From positions 12,489-76,488 of the IMG/VR virus record IMGVR_UViG_3300025128_006599: a DNA stretch of 64,000 nt; one strand, written 5' to 3'. Source of the DNA: a virus. Within the stretch, counting starts at the first letter, position 1. Each line of letters starts with the position of its first letter. Made by a program: the position numbers and the translations under genes. This document shows, piece after piece, positions 55,661-64,000 of the stretch. The notes below the pieces were generated by a model. It saw nothing but the letters and a program-made list of their open reading frames with translations, searched no databases and had not been told where the DNA came from.

Positions 55661-56809
55661 ATGGATGACTTATTAAAAGAAGCCATCGCAGATGCAAAAG
55701 CAGTTCGTGAAACAGCTCTTGCTAATGCTAAAATGGCACTTGAAGAAGCATTTACTCCACGTTTAAAGTCAATGTTAGCTCAAAAAATCCAAGCTGAAAT
55801 CGAAGATGAAGGCGAAGATGAAGAAGAAGTTTCTGAAGTCGAAGATGAAGAAATGGATGATGAAGTTGAGGACGAAGGCTACGGCGAAGAAGGTGAACAT
55901 TCTGACGAAATAGAAGATGAAGAAGAAGTCGAAGAAGGTGAACATTCTGACGAAGAAGAAGATGAAGAAGAATCTATGGATGAAATCGAAGACGAAGATG
56001 AAGATGCTGAAGTTTCAGAAATCGAAGACGAAGATGAAGATGCTGAAGAAGTATCTGAAATTGAAGATGAAGATGATGAAATGGAAGAAGAACTTGACCT
56101 TGAATCTATCTTAGCTGAGTTAGAAGCAGAAATCAATGAAGAAGATGAAGAAGACGGAGACGAAGAAAAAGTTGACGAAAATGATGTATCATCTGATATC
56201 GGTAAAGCTGATAACAAAGTTGCTGACGATGCAGCAGACTCATCTGAAACAGGAGCACAAGGTCCTGAAGGCGAAGGTTCTGATGAACCAGCTGGTAAAG
56301 AAGATGATGAAGCTGAAGTTGTTGATGACTTGACAGAAGTTGAAGACGAAGACGAGGGTGAAGAAGTTGAAGAAGATGTCGATTTAGACGAAGTTCTTAA
56401 AGCTTTATCCGAAGTTGAAGACGAAGACGAAGACGTGGAAGAAGTTGCTAAACTTAAAAAAGAAGTTTCAGAACATAGAGATGTTGTAAAATATCTACGT
56501 TCTAAACTTAATGAAGTTAACTTATTGAACGCTAAATTATTATTCTCAAATAAACTATTTAGAGCGTTTGGTTTAAGTAACGAACAGAAAATGAAAGTTG
56601 TTGAGACTTTTGATAGAACTAAGAGTATCAGAGAGATTAAGCTTGTGTACACTACATTAGCAGAGTCTTTCCAAGGCACTCGTGCACCTATCAAAGAATC
56701 AAAAGGTTCATCTTCTAAAGCAGTTGCTTCAACTAAACCAGTTAAAGAAGTAATTACTGAGTCTGATGATATTAAGAACAGATTCAAGAAGTTAGCAAAC
56801 ATAATTTAA
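55661..56809 (+). CDS. gp22: Prohead core scaffold protein (T4 gp22-like), highly acidic
   Basis: LLKEAIADAKAVRETALANAKMALEEAFTP; D/E repeats; LNEVNLLNAKLL; immediately upstream of the MCP. Confidence 0.85.
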   Translation: MDDLLKEAIADAKAVRETALANAKMALEEAFTPRLKSMLAQKIQAEIEDEGEDEEEVSEVEDEEMDDEVEDEGYGEEGEHSDEIEDEEEVEEGEHSDEEEDEEESMDEIEDEDEDAEVSEIEDEDEDAEEVSEIEDEDDEMEEELDLESILAELEAEINEEDEEDGDEEKVDENDVSSDIGKADNKVADDAADSSETGAQGPEGEGSDEPAGKEDDEAEVVDDLTEVEDEDEGEEVEEDVDLDEVLKALSEVEDEDEDVEEVAKLKKEVSEHRDVVKYLRSKLNEVNLLNAKLLFSNKLFRAFGLSNEQKMKVVETFDRTKSIREIKLVYTTLAESFQGTRAPIKESKGSSSKAVASTKPVKEVITESDDIKNRFKKLANII

Positions 56810-56834
56810 AACTACTCTTATTGGGAGAAATGTA

Positions 56835-58493
56835 ATGAGTAAAAATACAAACACAATTGAACAGTTGATGGATGGATATAATCCACAACGTCAGTTGATG
56901 GAACAGACCCGTAAGTTAGTTAAGAAGTGGGAGCCAACAGGCCTTTTAGAAGGTATGGGTAAAGACCACGAAGTAAACGGAATGGCAGTTCTACTTGAAA
57001 ACCAAGCTCGTCAGTTAATTGACGAAGCTTCAAGAACTGGTACATCAGCAAACTCTGAAGAGTGGAGCGGTGTAGCACTTCCTTTAGTTCGTAGAATCTT
57101 TGGTGAATTAGCAGCACAGGAATTCGTTTCTGTTCAGCCTATGAACCTACCTTCAGGACTGATCTTCTATCTTGACTTTAAATACGGAACTAACCAAACA
57201 GCTAACCATACTGAGAACTCAGATGTTCATGGTAACACATCTGGTTCAAACACAGACGCTACAGGCGGTCTATATGGTGCTGGTAAATTTGGTTACTCAA
57301 TCAACGACCAGACCTCAGACGCACTAACTATTGGTGCAGCAGTTGCAAATGATGCATTTACAACTGGTTCTGTAGTTTGGCAAGATGTTGATTTTGAACC
57401 AGACCTATCTGCTTCTGTTGCTCTTGGCTCAGACGCTGATAACGGTCTTGTTAAGATTACCGTTGATGGAACAAACGATTTAGCTAACCACGATGTTGAA
57501 GGCTTTAGAGCATTCACAATTAGTGGTTCTGGTATCGACGCGTTCTATCCAGCACACACTACAAGGGATGAGTCTAGCACAGACGTAACCTTTATCGCAT
57601 TGAAATCACAAGCTGCTGTACCAACTGGAATCGTTGTGAAATATCACAAAGAAGCCGCTAATAACTACACTCGTGGTGATTTTGAAGCAACATCAACTCA
57701 AATTGATGGAAATCCTGAATCAGATATCGACATTCCTGAATTAGATATTGCAATGAAGAGTATTCCGATAATCGCGAAAACTCGTAAGTTAAAAGCAGTC
57801 TGGACTCCAGAACTTGCTCAAGACTTGAATGCATATCATTCAGTTGATGCTGAAGCAGAATTGACAGCACTTCTTTCTGAATACATCTCAATGGAAATCG
57901 ACCTTGAAATCCTTGATATGTTGTTTGCAAACACAAACGCAAAGAAAGAAAAGTGGTCAGCAAGAGTTGGATATGAGTACAACACAGCAACTTCGTTGTT
58001 TGCAGAGTCCTCAGCTAACTCAAACGCTTACACAAAAGGTGAGTGGTTCCAAACACTTGGAAACAAGATACAAGCTGTATCAAACGCAATCCATCAGAAA
58101 ACTCTTAGAGGTGGTGCTAACTTCTTGGTCGTAAGTCCAGAAACAGCAACAATCATCGAGAGTATTCCTGGATACGCTGCAGATACTTCTGGTGAAGCAA
58201 CTGAGAAATCATTTGCTATGGGTGTACAAAGAGTAGGTGCTCTTAATAACAGATATACGGTTTACAAAAACCCATATATGTTAGAGAACAAAATCCTCGT
58301 AGGTTTCCGTGGAAGTAACTTCCTCGAAACTGGAGCGGTTTACGCACCTTACGTACCGTTGATAATGACACCTCTTGTTTACGATCCTAAGAACTTTACT
58401 CCAAGAAAAGGCGTCATGACCAGATACGCTAAGAAGATGGTCAGACCTGAATTCTATGGTGAAGTTGTCGTAGCAGATGTAAACTACGTTTAA
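56835..58493 (+). CDS. gp23: Major capsid protein (T4 gp23-like)
   Basis: LLENQ, VSVQPMNLPSGLIFYLD, AKTRKLKAVWTPELAQDLNAYH, YAPYVPL, FTPRKGVMTRY; strong codon bias. Confidence 0.97.
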   Translation: MSKNTNTIEQLMDGYNPQRQLMEQTRKLVKKWEPTGLLEGMGKDHEVNGMAVLLENQARQLIDEASRTGTSANSEEWSGVALPLVRRIFGELAAQEFVSVQPMNLPSGLIFYLDFKYGTNQTANHTENSDVHGNTSGSNTDATGGLYGAGKFGYSINDQTSDALTIGAAVANDAFTTGSVVWQDVDFEPDLSASVALGSDADNGLVKITVDGTNDLANHDVEGFRAFTISGSGIDAFYPAHTTRDESSTDVTFIALKSQAAVPTGIVVKYHKEAANNYTRGDFEATSTQIDGNPESDIDIPELDIAMKSIPIIAKTRKLKAVWTPELAQDLNAYHSVDAEAELTALLSEYISMEIDLEILDMLFANTNAKKEKWSARVGYEYNTATSLFAESSANSNAYTKGEWFQTLGNKIQAVSNAIHQKTLRGGANFLVVSPETATIIESIPGYAADTSGEATEKSFAMGVQRVGALNNRYTVYKNPYMLENKILVGFRGSNFLETGAVYAPYVPLIMTPLVYDPKNFTPRKGVMTRYAKKMVRPEFYGEVVVADVNYV

Positions 58494-58544
58494 TTAATTT
58501 AAACTTAGTTGTCATTTAGAGGTGATCTTTGTCATCTCGAATTT

Positions 58545-58576
58545 AAAAAGGGTGGGAGTTTTTCTCACCCTTTTTT
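58545..58576 (+). terminator. Rho-independent terminator after the MCP
   Basis: AAAAAGGGTGGGA-GTTTT-TCTCACCCTTTTTT; a second hairpin GAGGTGA/TCATCTC lies at 58519-58538. Confidence 0.85.
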
Positions 58577-58584
58577 ATTGCTTT

Positions 58585-58594
58585 GATATTTATA
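58585..58594 (+). promoter_or_regulatory. Putative late promoter motif GATATTTATA
   Basis: Immediately after the terminator and upstream of the neck gene, where a new promoter is required. Confidence 0.65.
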
Positions 58595-58636
58595 TTTAGA
58601 TATATCTAATTAATTTCTTAATATTAGGAGAAAAAT

Positions 58637-59812
58637 ATGGCAATCGCACTATGGGCAGGTAGTTCCAGTTTCTCTACAGGTGATACGCCTTGGGGATTGT
58701 ACGATTCAGACGGAGAATTTACAGAATCCGCTGAAAAATTTGCAAGTTGGGCAGCCAAAAGAATGGGTTACCCTATAACTGCCGTAGAATTGACATCAGG
58801 TTCTTTTTATGCGTGTTTTGAAGAATCAGTTACGGAATACTCAGCACAAGTAAATCAATTCAATATAAAGGATAATTTATTGAGTTTGAAGGGACAATCT
58901 ACAGGTTCATCTAATAATTTAACACATAAAAGACTTTCAAATACAATGGGAGAACAGATATTTTTGTCTGAAACCTATGGAACTGAGGCTCAAGTAGGTG
59001 GACAAGTCGAAACCTATACAAATAAAATTACTCTTTCTCAGTCTGTACAAGAATATGATTTGAATGAATTAATTGCAGACCTTAGTGGTAGTGGAGCAGG
59101 TACAGGTGGAGCTATAGAGGTAAAGAGAGTATTTTATGAAGCAAGTCCTGCTATCACGAGATACTTTGATCCGTATGCAGGTACAGGTCAACAAACAAAC
59201 AATATGTTGGATGCATTTGGATTCGGTGGTTCTTCACCAGCAATAACATTTATGTTACAACCAGTATATGCAGACTTGTTAAGAGTTCAAGCAATAGAAT
59301 TTAATGACCAAGTTAGAAAATCTGCATATTCTTTTGAGCTTCGTAATAATAAGTTAAAAATATTTCCAACTTGGACAAGTGATTCTACTGGTAGTATGTT
59401 TATAGAGTGGTCAAGAGTAGATGATAGAGATAAAGTATTGAGAACTCGTTATAGTGGTTCTAACGATACAATATCAGATATCAGTAATGCTCCATATGAT
59501 AACATGAAGTATCAATATATTAACGATGTTGGTAAACAATGGATTCGTAAGTATGGATTGGCATTATCAAAAGAATTATTGGGTATGGTTCGTAGTAAAT
59601 ATGGAACCATTCCTATTCCTAATTCAGAGGTTTCCCTTGATGGTGAAACATTAAGAGCGGAAGCAACTGCCGAAAAAGAAACATTAATAGAACAATTAAG
59701 AGAAATGTTGGAAGGAACAAGTCAAAAGGCACTCTTAGAGGCTGATAGAGAGTCATCAGAACACTTACAAGAGAAACTTAAAAAAGTTCCATATCCAATT
59801 TACATAGGATAA
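58637..59812 (+). CDS. gp13: Neck protein (T4 gp13-like)
   Basis: RMGYPITAVEL, WIRKYGLALSKELLGMVRSKY..IP..VSLDG; position after the MCP. Confidence 0.8.
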   Translation: MAIALWAGSSSFSTGDTPWGLYDSDGEFTESAEKFASWAAKRMGYPITAVELTSGSFYACFEESVTEYSAQVNQFNIKDNLLSLKGQSTGSSNNLTHKRLSNTMGEQIFLSETYGTEAQVGGQVETYTNKITLSQSVQEYDLNELIADLSGSGAGTGGAIEVKRVFYEASPAITRYFDPYAGTGQQTNNMLDAFGFGGSSPAITFMLQPVYADLLRVQAIEFNDQVRKSAYSFELRNNKLKIFPTWTSDSTGSMFIEWSRVDDRDKVLRTRYSGSNDTISDISNAPYDNMKYQYINDVGKQWIRKYGLALSKELLGMVRSKYGTIPIPNSEVSLDGETLRAEATAEKETLIEQLREMLEGTSQKALLEADRESSEHLQEKLKKVPYPIYIG

Positions 59813-59816
59813 TAAA

Positions 59817-60305
59817 ATGGCAAGTAGATTTTGGCCTGTAAAGGATACAGACTTAGCTAAACATTTTAATGATGAGCTTGTAGGTAATTTAACTAAAGAT
59901 GATTGTAGTATTATCGGACAAGAAGTTATTCTATATCGTATTGCTCCATATGATACACAAACAAATATGTATGGTGAGGCAGGTGAAACTGGTAAAGTAT
60001 ACAAGGCAGGAGTTAAGTTATTTTGTATTGTAGATGCAGGTGATTTTGATTGGAATATGGATGAGTTTGGGCCAGATACAAGACAAGAAGTTACATTTGC
60101 ATTTCAAAGAGATATGTTGATTGATGTAAACTTTAGACCAGACATCGGTGATATAGTGAGTTGGAATGATGGGTATTTCGAACTCAATGGAACAAATGAA
60201 AATCAGTTAATCGGTGGTCAAACTGGTAATAACTGGACTATTAGTTGTACCGCACACTTATCAAGAATTAATACACTTAATATTGAGAGAACAAGGGCGT
60301 TTTAA
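59817..60305 (+). CDS. gp14: Neck/head-closure protein (T4 gp14-like)
   Basis: GQEVILY, NMYGE, RPDIGDIV..YFE; synteny. Confidence 0.65.
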   Translation: MASRFWPVKDTDLAKHFNDELVGNLTKDDCSIIGQEVILYRIAPYDTQTNMYGEAGETGKVYKAGVKLFCIVDAGDFDWNMDEFGPDTRQEVTFAFQRDMLIDVNFRPDIGDIVSWNDGYFELNGTNENQLIGGQTGNNWTISCTAHLSRINTLNIERTRAF

Positions 60306-61993
60306 TGGCAAGAAGTAAACCAATATCACGTAGGGCAAGACGAGATTTACATTCAGTAGCATTACGTGAAGATTTTAATAGAGCTCGAGAACTTAGACGA
60401 GATAAAGACGACCAAAAGAATTTATCAGTTTCTCTTTTGGATATGGATAGTGCTATCATGTACTATTTTAATGAAGTTATAAGACCGACTGTAAAGGAAA
60501 ATAAAGAAACTGTCAAAGTTCCTGTTTTGTATGCTTCACCAGAACGTTGGGTGAGTATCCAAAAACGTGGATTCATGAGGGACAAAAAACAACAATTAAT
60601 TGTTCCAGCGATTGTGTTTAAAAGAACAAGTATAGAAAAAAATGAAAATATACCAATTGATAAATTAGATGCAAATCGTCCTAATAATTTTATGACATTC
60701 CAACAAAAGTATTCTCAAAGTAATCGATATGACCAATTCAGTAGAACAGTTGGAATTTCACCTAATAAAGAATTTTATAACGTTGTTATTCCTGACTATG
60801 TTAATTTAAATTATGAGTTTACGATTTGGACAAGTTATATTGATCAAATGAACAAATTGGTTGAACGAATAAATTATACGGATGGTGCATATTGGGGTGA
60901 ACCCGGTAAGATGAGATTTAGAACAGCGATTCAGAATTTTACTGATGCAAGTGAATTAGAGGCACAAGAAAGATTAGTAAAGACAACGTTTGAAGTTCAG
61001 ATGATGGGGTATATCATACCTGAGGAATTTAACAATTATGTAACAACAAAAAGACAACTCACACCAAAACGATTGATTTTCAACGTGGATGCTGAGAAAA
61101 CAAGAGACCAATTGGTTGATAGTAAAGAGGAAGGTCAGTCTGTTAGTATACAAGAAACACAAGATTTATTCTCTATAAGTGTTTCTAATCCATTTACTAT
61201 GACGGCTGGAACTGGTGTCACATTATCAAGTAATGGTGCGTCTTTTGATGGTTCTTCGGCTTTAACACAAACCTTTTCTATCGGACAAGATGTTGCAACC
61301 ACAGCAGATGTTACCTTTGCAGAAGTTAGTGCCAGTACAATAGTACTCGGTAATCCAACCACTTGGAGTTCTGCAGGAATTAGTGGGAGTATGTCAATAA
61401 CGGGCTCATTAGTTACCTCTGGTGATTTAACCGTAAATGGTAATACAACTATTTTAGGTACTTTAACAGCACAAGAATTCCACACATCATTCACCTCAGC
61501 ATCTATTATATTTGAAAGTGGTAGTACTAAACTTGGTGATACTGTAGATGATACTCACGAAAGAACTGGTAGTATGACGTTAAGTGGTTCATTTAGTTTA
61601 AATGGATACCAAGTAACCGAAATATCTAATGATACCACTTTAAGTGACCAAAGTGAAACTGCATTAACAACAGAATATGCAGTAAAACAATTTGGTGCAA
61701 GTCTAACTACAGACCAATCATATTTAAGAAAACAATTTCATAAAACCGCGACCACAATTCTAAGTAATAATACGGCTAGTTTTAACGCGGTAACTGCATC
61801 TGCACCAATTACATTAACGAGCACAAATGAGGGTGATTTTATATTCTTTATCAATGGTCAGTATATGGAACATGATGCTTTGACTGTTGCACAAAGTGGT
61901 TCTCAATTTTTACTACAAGTTGATACAGGTAGTATTGGATATTCATTAGAAAGTGATGATGAAATTTTAAGTATTGGTAAATTTAATTCGTAG
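60305..61993 (+). CDS. gp15: Tail terminator (T4 gp15-like) fused to a Ser/Thr-rich fibre-like C-terminal half
   Basis: VPVLYASPERW, IPDYVNLNYEFTIWT..QMNKLVE, GYIIP; C-terminal part from about 61160 aligns with ORF 62002. Confidence 0.7.
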   Translation: MARSKPISRRARRDLHSVALREDFNRARELRRDKDDQKNLSVSLLDMDSAIMYYFNEVIRPTVKENKETVKVPVLYASPERWVSIQKRGFMRDKKQQLIVPAIVFKRTSIEKNENIPIDKLDANRPNNFMTFQQKYSQSNRYDQFSRTVGISPNKEFYNVVIPDYVNLNYEFTIWTSYIDQMNKLVERINYTDGAYWGEPGKMRFRTAIQNFTDASELEAQERLVKTTFEVQMMGYIIPEEFNNYVTTKRQLTPKRLIFNVDAEKTRDQLVDSKEEGQSVSIQETQDLFSISVSNPFTMTAGTGVTLSSNGASFDGSSALTQTFSIGQDVATTADVTFAEVSASTIVLGNPTTWSSAGISGSMSITGSLVTSGDLTVNGNTTILGTLTAQEFHTSFTSASIIFESGSTKLGDTVDDTHERTGSMTLSGSFSLNGYQVTEISNDTTLSDQSETALTTEYAVKQFGASLTTDQSYLRKQFHKTATTILSNNTASFNAVTASAPITLTSTNEGDFIFFINGQYMEHDALTVAQSGSQFLLQVDTGSIGYSLESDDEILSIGKFNS

Positions 61994-62001
61994 GGAGTAA
62001 A

Positions 62002-62856
62002 ATGGCAAAAAATTTATTTCAATTTAGAAATCCATTGACATTCTCTGGTTCAAGTGGTTTTACCGTCAATAATCCAGGTGTTAATATAACTGGAGTTGAT
62101 AGAAAAGATTTTACTTTCAGTATTGGTCAAGATGTATCCTCTACCTCTGATGTAGTTTTTAATCAAGTAACACCAGATAAAATTATAATAGGTTCTGTGG
62201 ATTCAACACATATAGTGTGGACAGATAAATCTGTTTCTGCTTCTAATGGCACATTGACTCAAACAGCTGGTGAATTTTTTAATATTAGTGGTGATTTAAC
62301 TGTTCCTAACTTAACATTAACAGGTGAATTTACAACTGATAAAATAGAGGCACAATTAACTGGTTCGAGTACAATTTTTGAAAGTGGTAGTACAGAGTTT
62401 GGAGATACGATAGATGATACTCATGAAAGAACTGGTAGTTTATCCATAAGTGGTTCTTTTAGTTTAAATAATTTTTTAGTTGATGAAATTTCTAATGATA
62501 CTGCAGATGATGGTGGGAGTCAAACTGCACTCTCAACTGAAAAGGTATCATATAATGCTTTTGGTGACCAAACACCTGGATTTGACTTTACGAGAAAGAA
62601 ATTCGCACATACAGGTAGTTTTGTAAGTTCCACTACATCAAGCTTTACTGCTGTAACTGCATCAAAAGTTGCAACATTAGATGGAGTAACTAAACACGAT
62701 TTTATGTTTTTTAATAAAGGGATGTTAATGGAATATGACGCATTAGATATAGAACAAAGTGGTTCAACTTTATTATTAAAAATGAATATTGGTTCAATGG
62801 GATATGGATTTGATAATAATGACGAAATAGTGGGTTGGGGCAAATTTAATTCGTAA
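62002..62856 (+). CDS. Fibre-like virion protein, paralog of the gp15 C-terminal extension
   Basis: TFSIGQDV, IFESGST.GDT.DDTHERTGS, EISNDT and GKFNS are shared. Confidence 0.7.
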   Translation: MAKNLFQFRNPLTFSGSSGFTVNNPGVNITGVDRKDFTFSIGQDVSSTSDVVFNQVTPDKIIIGSVDSTHIVWTDKSVSASNGTLTQTAGEFFNISGDLTVPNLTLTGEFTTDKIEAQLTGSSTIFESGSTEFGDTIDDTHERTGSLSISGSFSLNNFLVDEISNDTADDGGSQTALSTEKVSYNAFGDQTPGFDFTRKKFAHTGSFVSSTTSSFTAVTASKVATLDGVTKHDFMFFNKGMLMEYDALDIEQSGSTLLLKMNIGSMGYGFDNNDEIVGWGKFNS

Positions 62857-62882
62857 ATACCACATTGGTTTTACCATTTGTT

Positions 62883-62892
62883 GATATTTATA
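62883..62892 (+). promoter_or_regulatory. Putative late promoter motif GATATTTATA
   Basis: Recurrent motif, 3 nt before ATG 62896. Confidence 0.55.
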
Positions 62893-62895
62893 AGT

Positions 62896-63186
62896 ATGAG
62901 AAAAAGAAGTTGGCCCAATAGAAAAAATCGTCCGTGTCCTGATTGTGGGAAGATGTTAACCTACACAAGAAAAGACACTTTTGATAGGGCAATGGGAAAT
63001 AATTCAGTATGTAAGTCTTGTGCACAGATGGACAGAAAACTTACATTAGAAACTATTGAGAAGATGAAACAACCCAAGACCATTGAACACAAGAAGAAAA
63101 TTTCTCGTAGTATAGAACAATGGTGGGAAGAACGTAAACAACAAGAGATAAACTATGGCTTTAATAGACAGCAAACAACTAAGTAA
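62896..63186 (+). CDS. Zn-ribbon plus NUMOD3-like DNA-binding protein without nuclease domain
   Basis: CPDC..CKSC; LTLETIEKM, KTIEHKKKISRS. Confidence 0.6.
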   Translation: MRKRSWPNRKNRPCPDCGKMLTYTRKDTFDRAMGNNSVCKSCAQMDRKLTLETIEKMKQPKTIEHKKKISRSIEQWWEERKQQEINYGFNRQQTTK

Positions 63187-63373
63187 AGACCTTTCAGGTT
63201 CCTTTGGAATTAATACAGGTTCACTATTCATTAGTGGTAGTGAAACACCCACGAGTGGAGATTATGTATTAGTTACAAGTGGAAGTGTAAATACGGCAGG
63301 TGGTCGTGTTTTTGAAGAGGGAACAAGTGTTGTGGATACTGCTACAGCGTTGTCCATAGTATTTGGAGGATAA
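63155..63373 (+). CDS. Small putative virion protein
   Basis: MALIDSKQL; four SGS/TGS motifs; ALSIVFGG terminus. Confidence 0.6.
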   Translation: MALIDSKQLSKDLSGSFGINTGSLFISGSETPTSGDYVLVTSGSVNTAGGRVFEEGTSVVDTATALSIVFGG

Positions 63374-63375
63374 TA

Positions 63376-63702
63376 ATGGCACAAACCTTTACAAGTGCAG
63401 CAACAGGTTCAAGTACGACAATAACACCACTTTATACTTGTCCCGCAAGTACAACTGGTGTTGTTCACGCCGTGTATGTGAGTAACATAGATGGAACTAA
63501 TGATGCTACGTTTAATTTGTCAGTTAGTGGAAGTGCTAATTTTCAAACAAGAAGATTTTTGATGAAAACCGTTGATGTACCAGCAGATTCAACCGTAGTG
63601 TTGGAAAAACCAATTAATTTGGGAGCGGGGGATAAATTAGAAACTCAAGCTTCTGCGGATGATGATTTAGATGTATTTGCAAGCATATTAGAGATAACAT
63701 AA
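63376..63702 (+). CDS. Small beta-sandwich putative virion protein
   Basis: LYTCPA, VSNIDG, VPADST..KPINLGAGDKL, ASILEIT; GGAGG SD. Confidence 0.65.
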   Translation: MAQTFTSAATGSSTTITPLYTCPASTTGVVHAVYVSNIDGTNDATFNLSVSGSANFQTRRFLMKTVDVPADSTVVLEKPINLGAGDKLETQASADDDLDVFASILEIT

Positions 63703-63711
63703 GGGATTTAA

Positions 63712-64000
63712 ATGGCTGATTCTCTACAAAGACTTGGAATAAACCATCTCAACCATAAACTTAAAGTTAAAAAAGGTGGGATTGAAGTTACTAATGGGAA
63801 CATTAGTGGTTCTTCTACTACAACTGGTTCATTTGGACATATAAAAGTACCTGATGATGGAAGAATTTCCATCGGTGATTCAAATGATTTACAAATATAT
63901 CATAATGGTAGTCATAGTATTATTAGAGATCGTGGAACTGGTAATTTAATTTTAAGAACAAATGTATTTCAAGTTAAAAATCCTGATGATACTGAAACGA
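63712..64000 (+). CDS. Tail-fibre-like protein, 3'-truncated
   Basis: Hand translation MADSLQRLG..GNISGSSTTTGSFG..IGDSNDLQIYHNGSHSIIRDRGTGNL, open to the window end. Confidence 0.7.
   Translation, partial: MADSLQRLGINHLNHKLKVKKGGIEVTNGNISGSSTTTGSFGHIKVPDDGRISIGDSNDLQIYHNGSHSIIRDRGTGNLILRTNVFQVKNPDDTET

Noticed and set aside
55879-56802. 307 aa Ser-rich ORF on the minus strand
   Set aside because: Antisense shadow of the GAA/GAT-rich scaffold gene.
1088-63252. Many 60-140 aa minus-strand and off-frame ORFs in the track
   Set aside because: All overlap longer, motif-bearing plus-strand genes and show no recognisable motifs of their own.
1-64000. Alternative genetic code, tRNAs, CRISPR array, DGR or introns
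   Set aside because: Genes tile densely under code 11 with all three stops used; no cloverleafs, spaced repeats, reverse transcriptase or interrupted core genes were seen by eye.

Overview
A 64 kb, AT-rich, entirely plus-strand segment of a large T4-like myovirus (Caudoviricetes) genome, read in the standard genetic code. No tRNA, rRNA or CRISPR array is visible. About 1-38 kb is a tightly packed island of roughly 45 glycan and protein tailoring genes. It contains an Aah/TibC-type protein O-heptosyltransferase, GT2/GT4/GT7 glycosyltransferases, sulfotransferases, 2OG-Fe(II) oxygenases, methyltransferases, three radical SAM enzymes, a HAD-KdsB fusion, RmlC, epimerases and a split transketolase. 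Two Hint-domain proteins with apparently complementary chemistry sit inside this island. About 38-55 kb holds a GH108 endolysin, putative spanins, terminase, portal, prohead protease, a set of probable capsid-internal cargo proteins and polyproteins with MIKLKxLxxE leaders, and ribosomal protein bS21. About 55-64 kb holds the scaffold, major capsid, neck and tail-terminator genes and fibre-like proteins. The best candidates for undescribed biology are three. (1) A Hint pair plus an ATP-grasp-like/Hint/payload/S74 protein flanked by tailoring enzymes, possibly a virion protein ligation and modification system. (2) A repeat-delimited, protease-released cargo array that includes kinase, nucleotidyltransferase and ligase-like domains. 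(3) An [S/T]-x-S motif concentrated in virion-surface proteins that may be the glycosylation sequon. All annotation is by motif recognition by eye; no searches were run.
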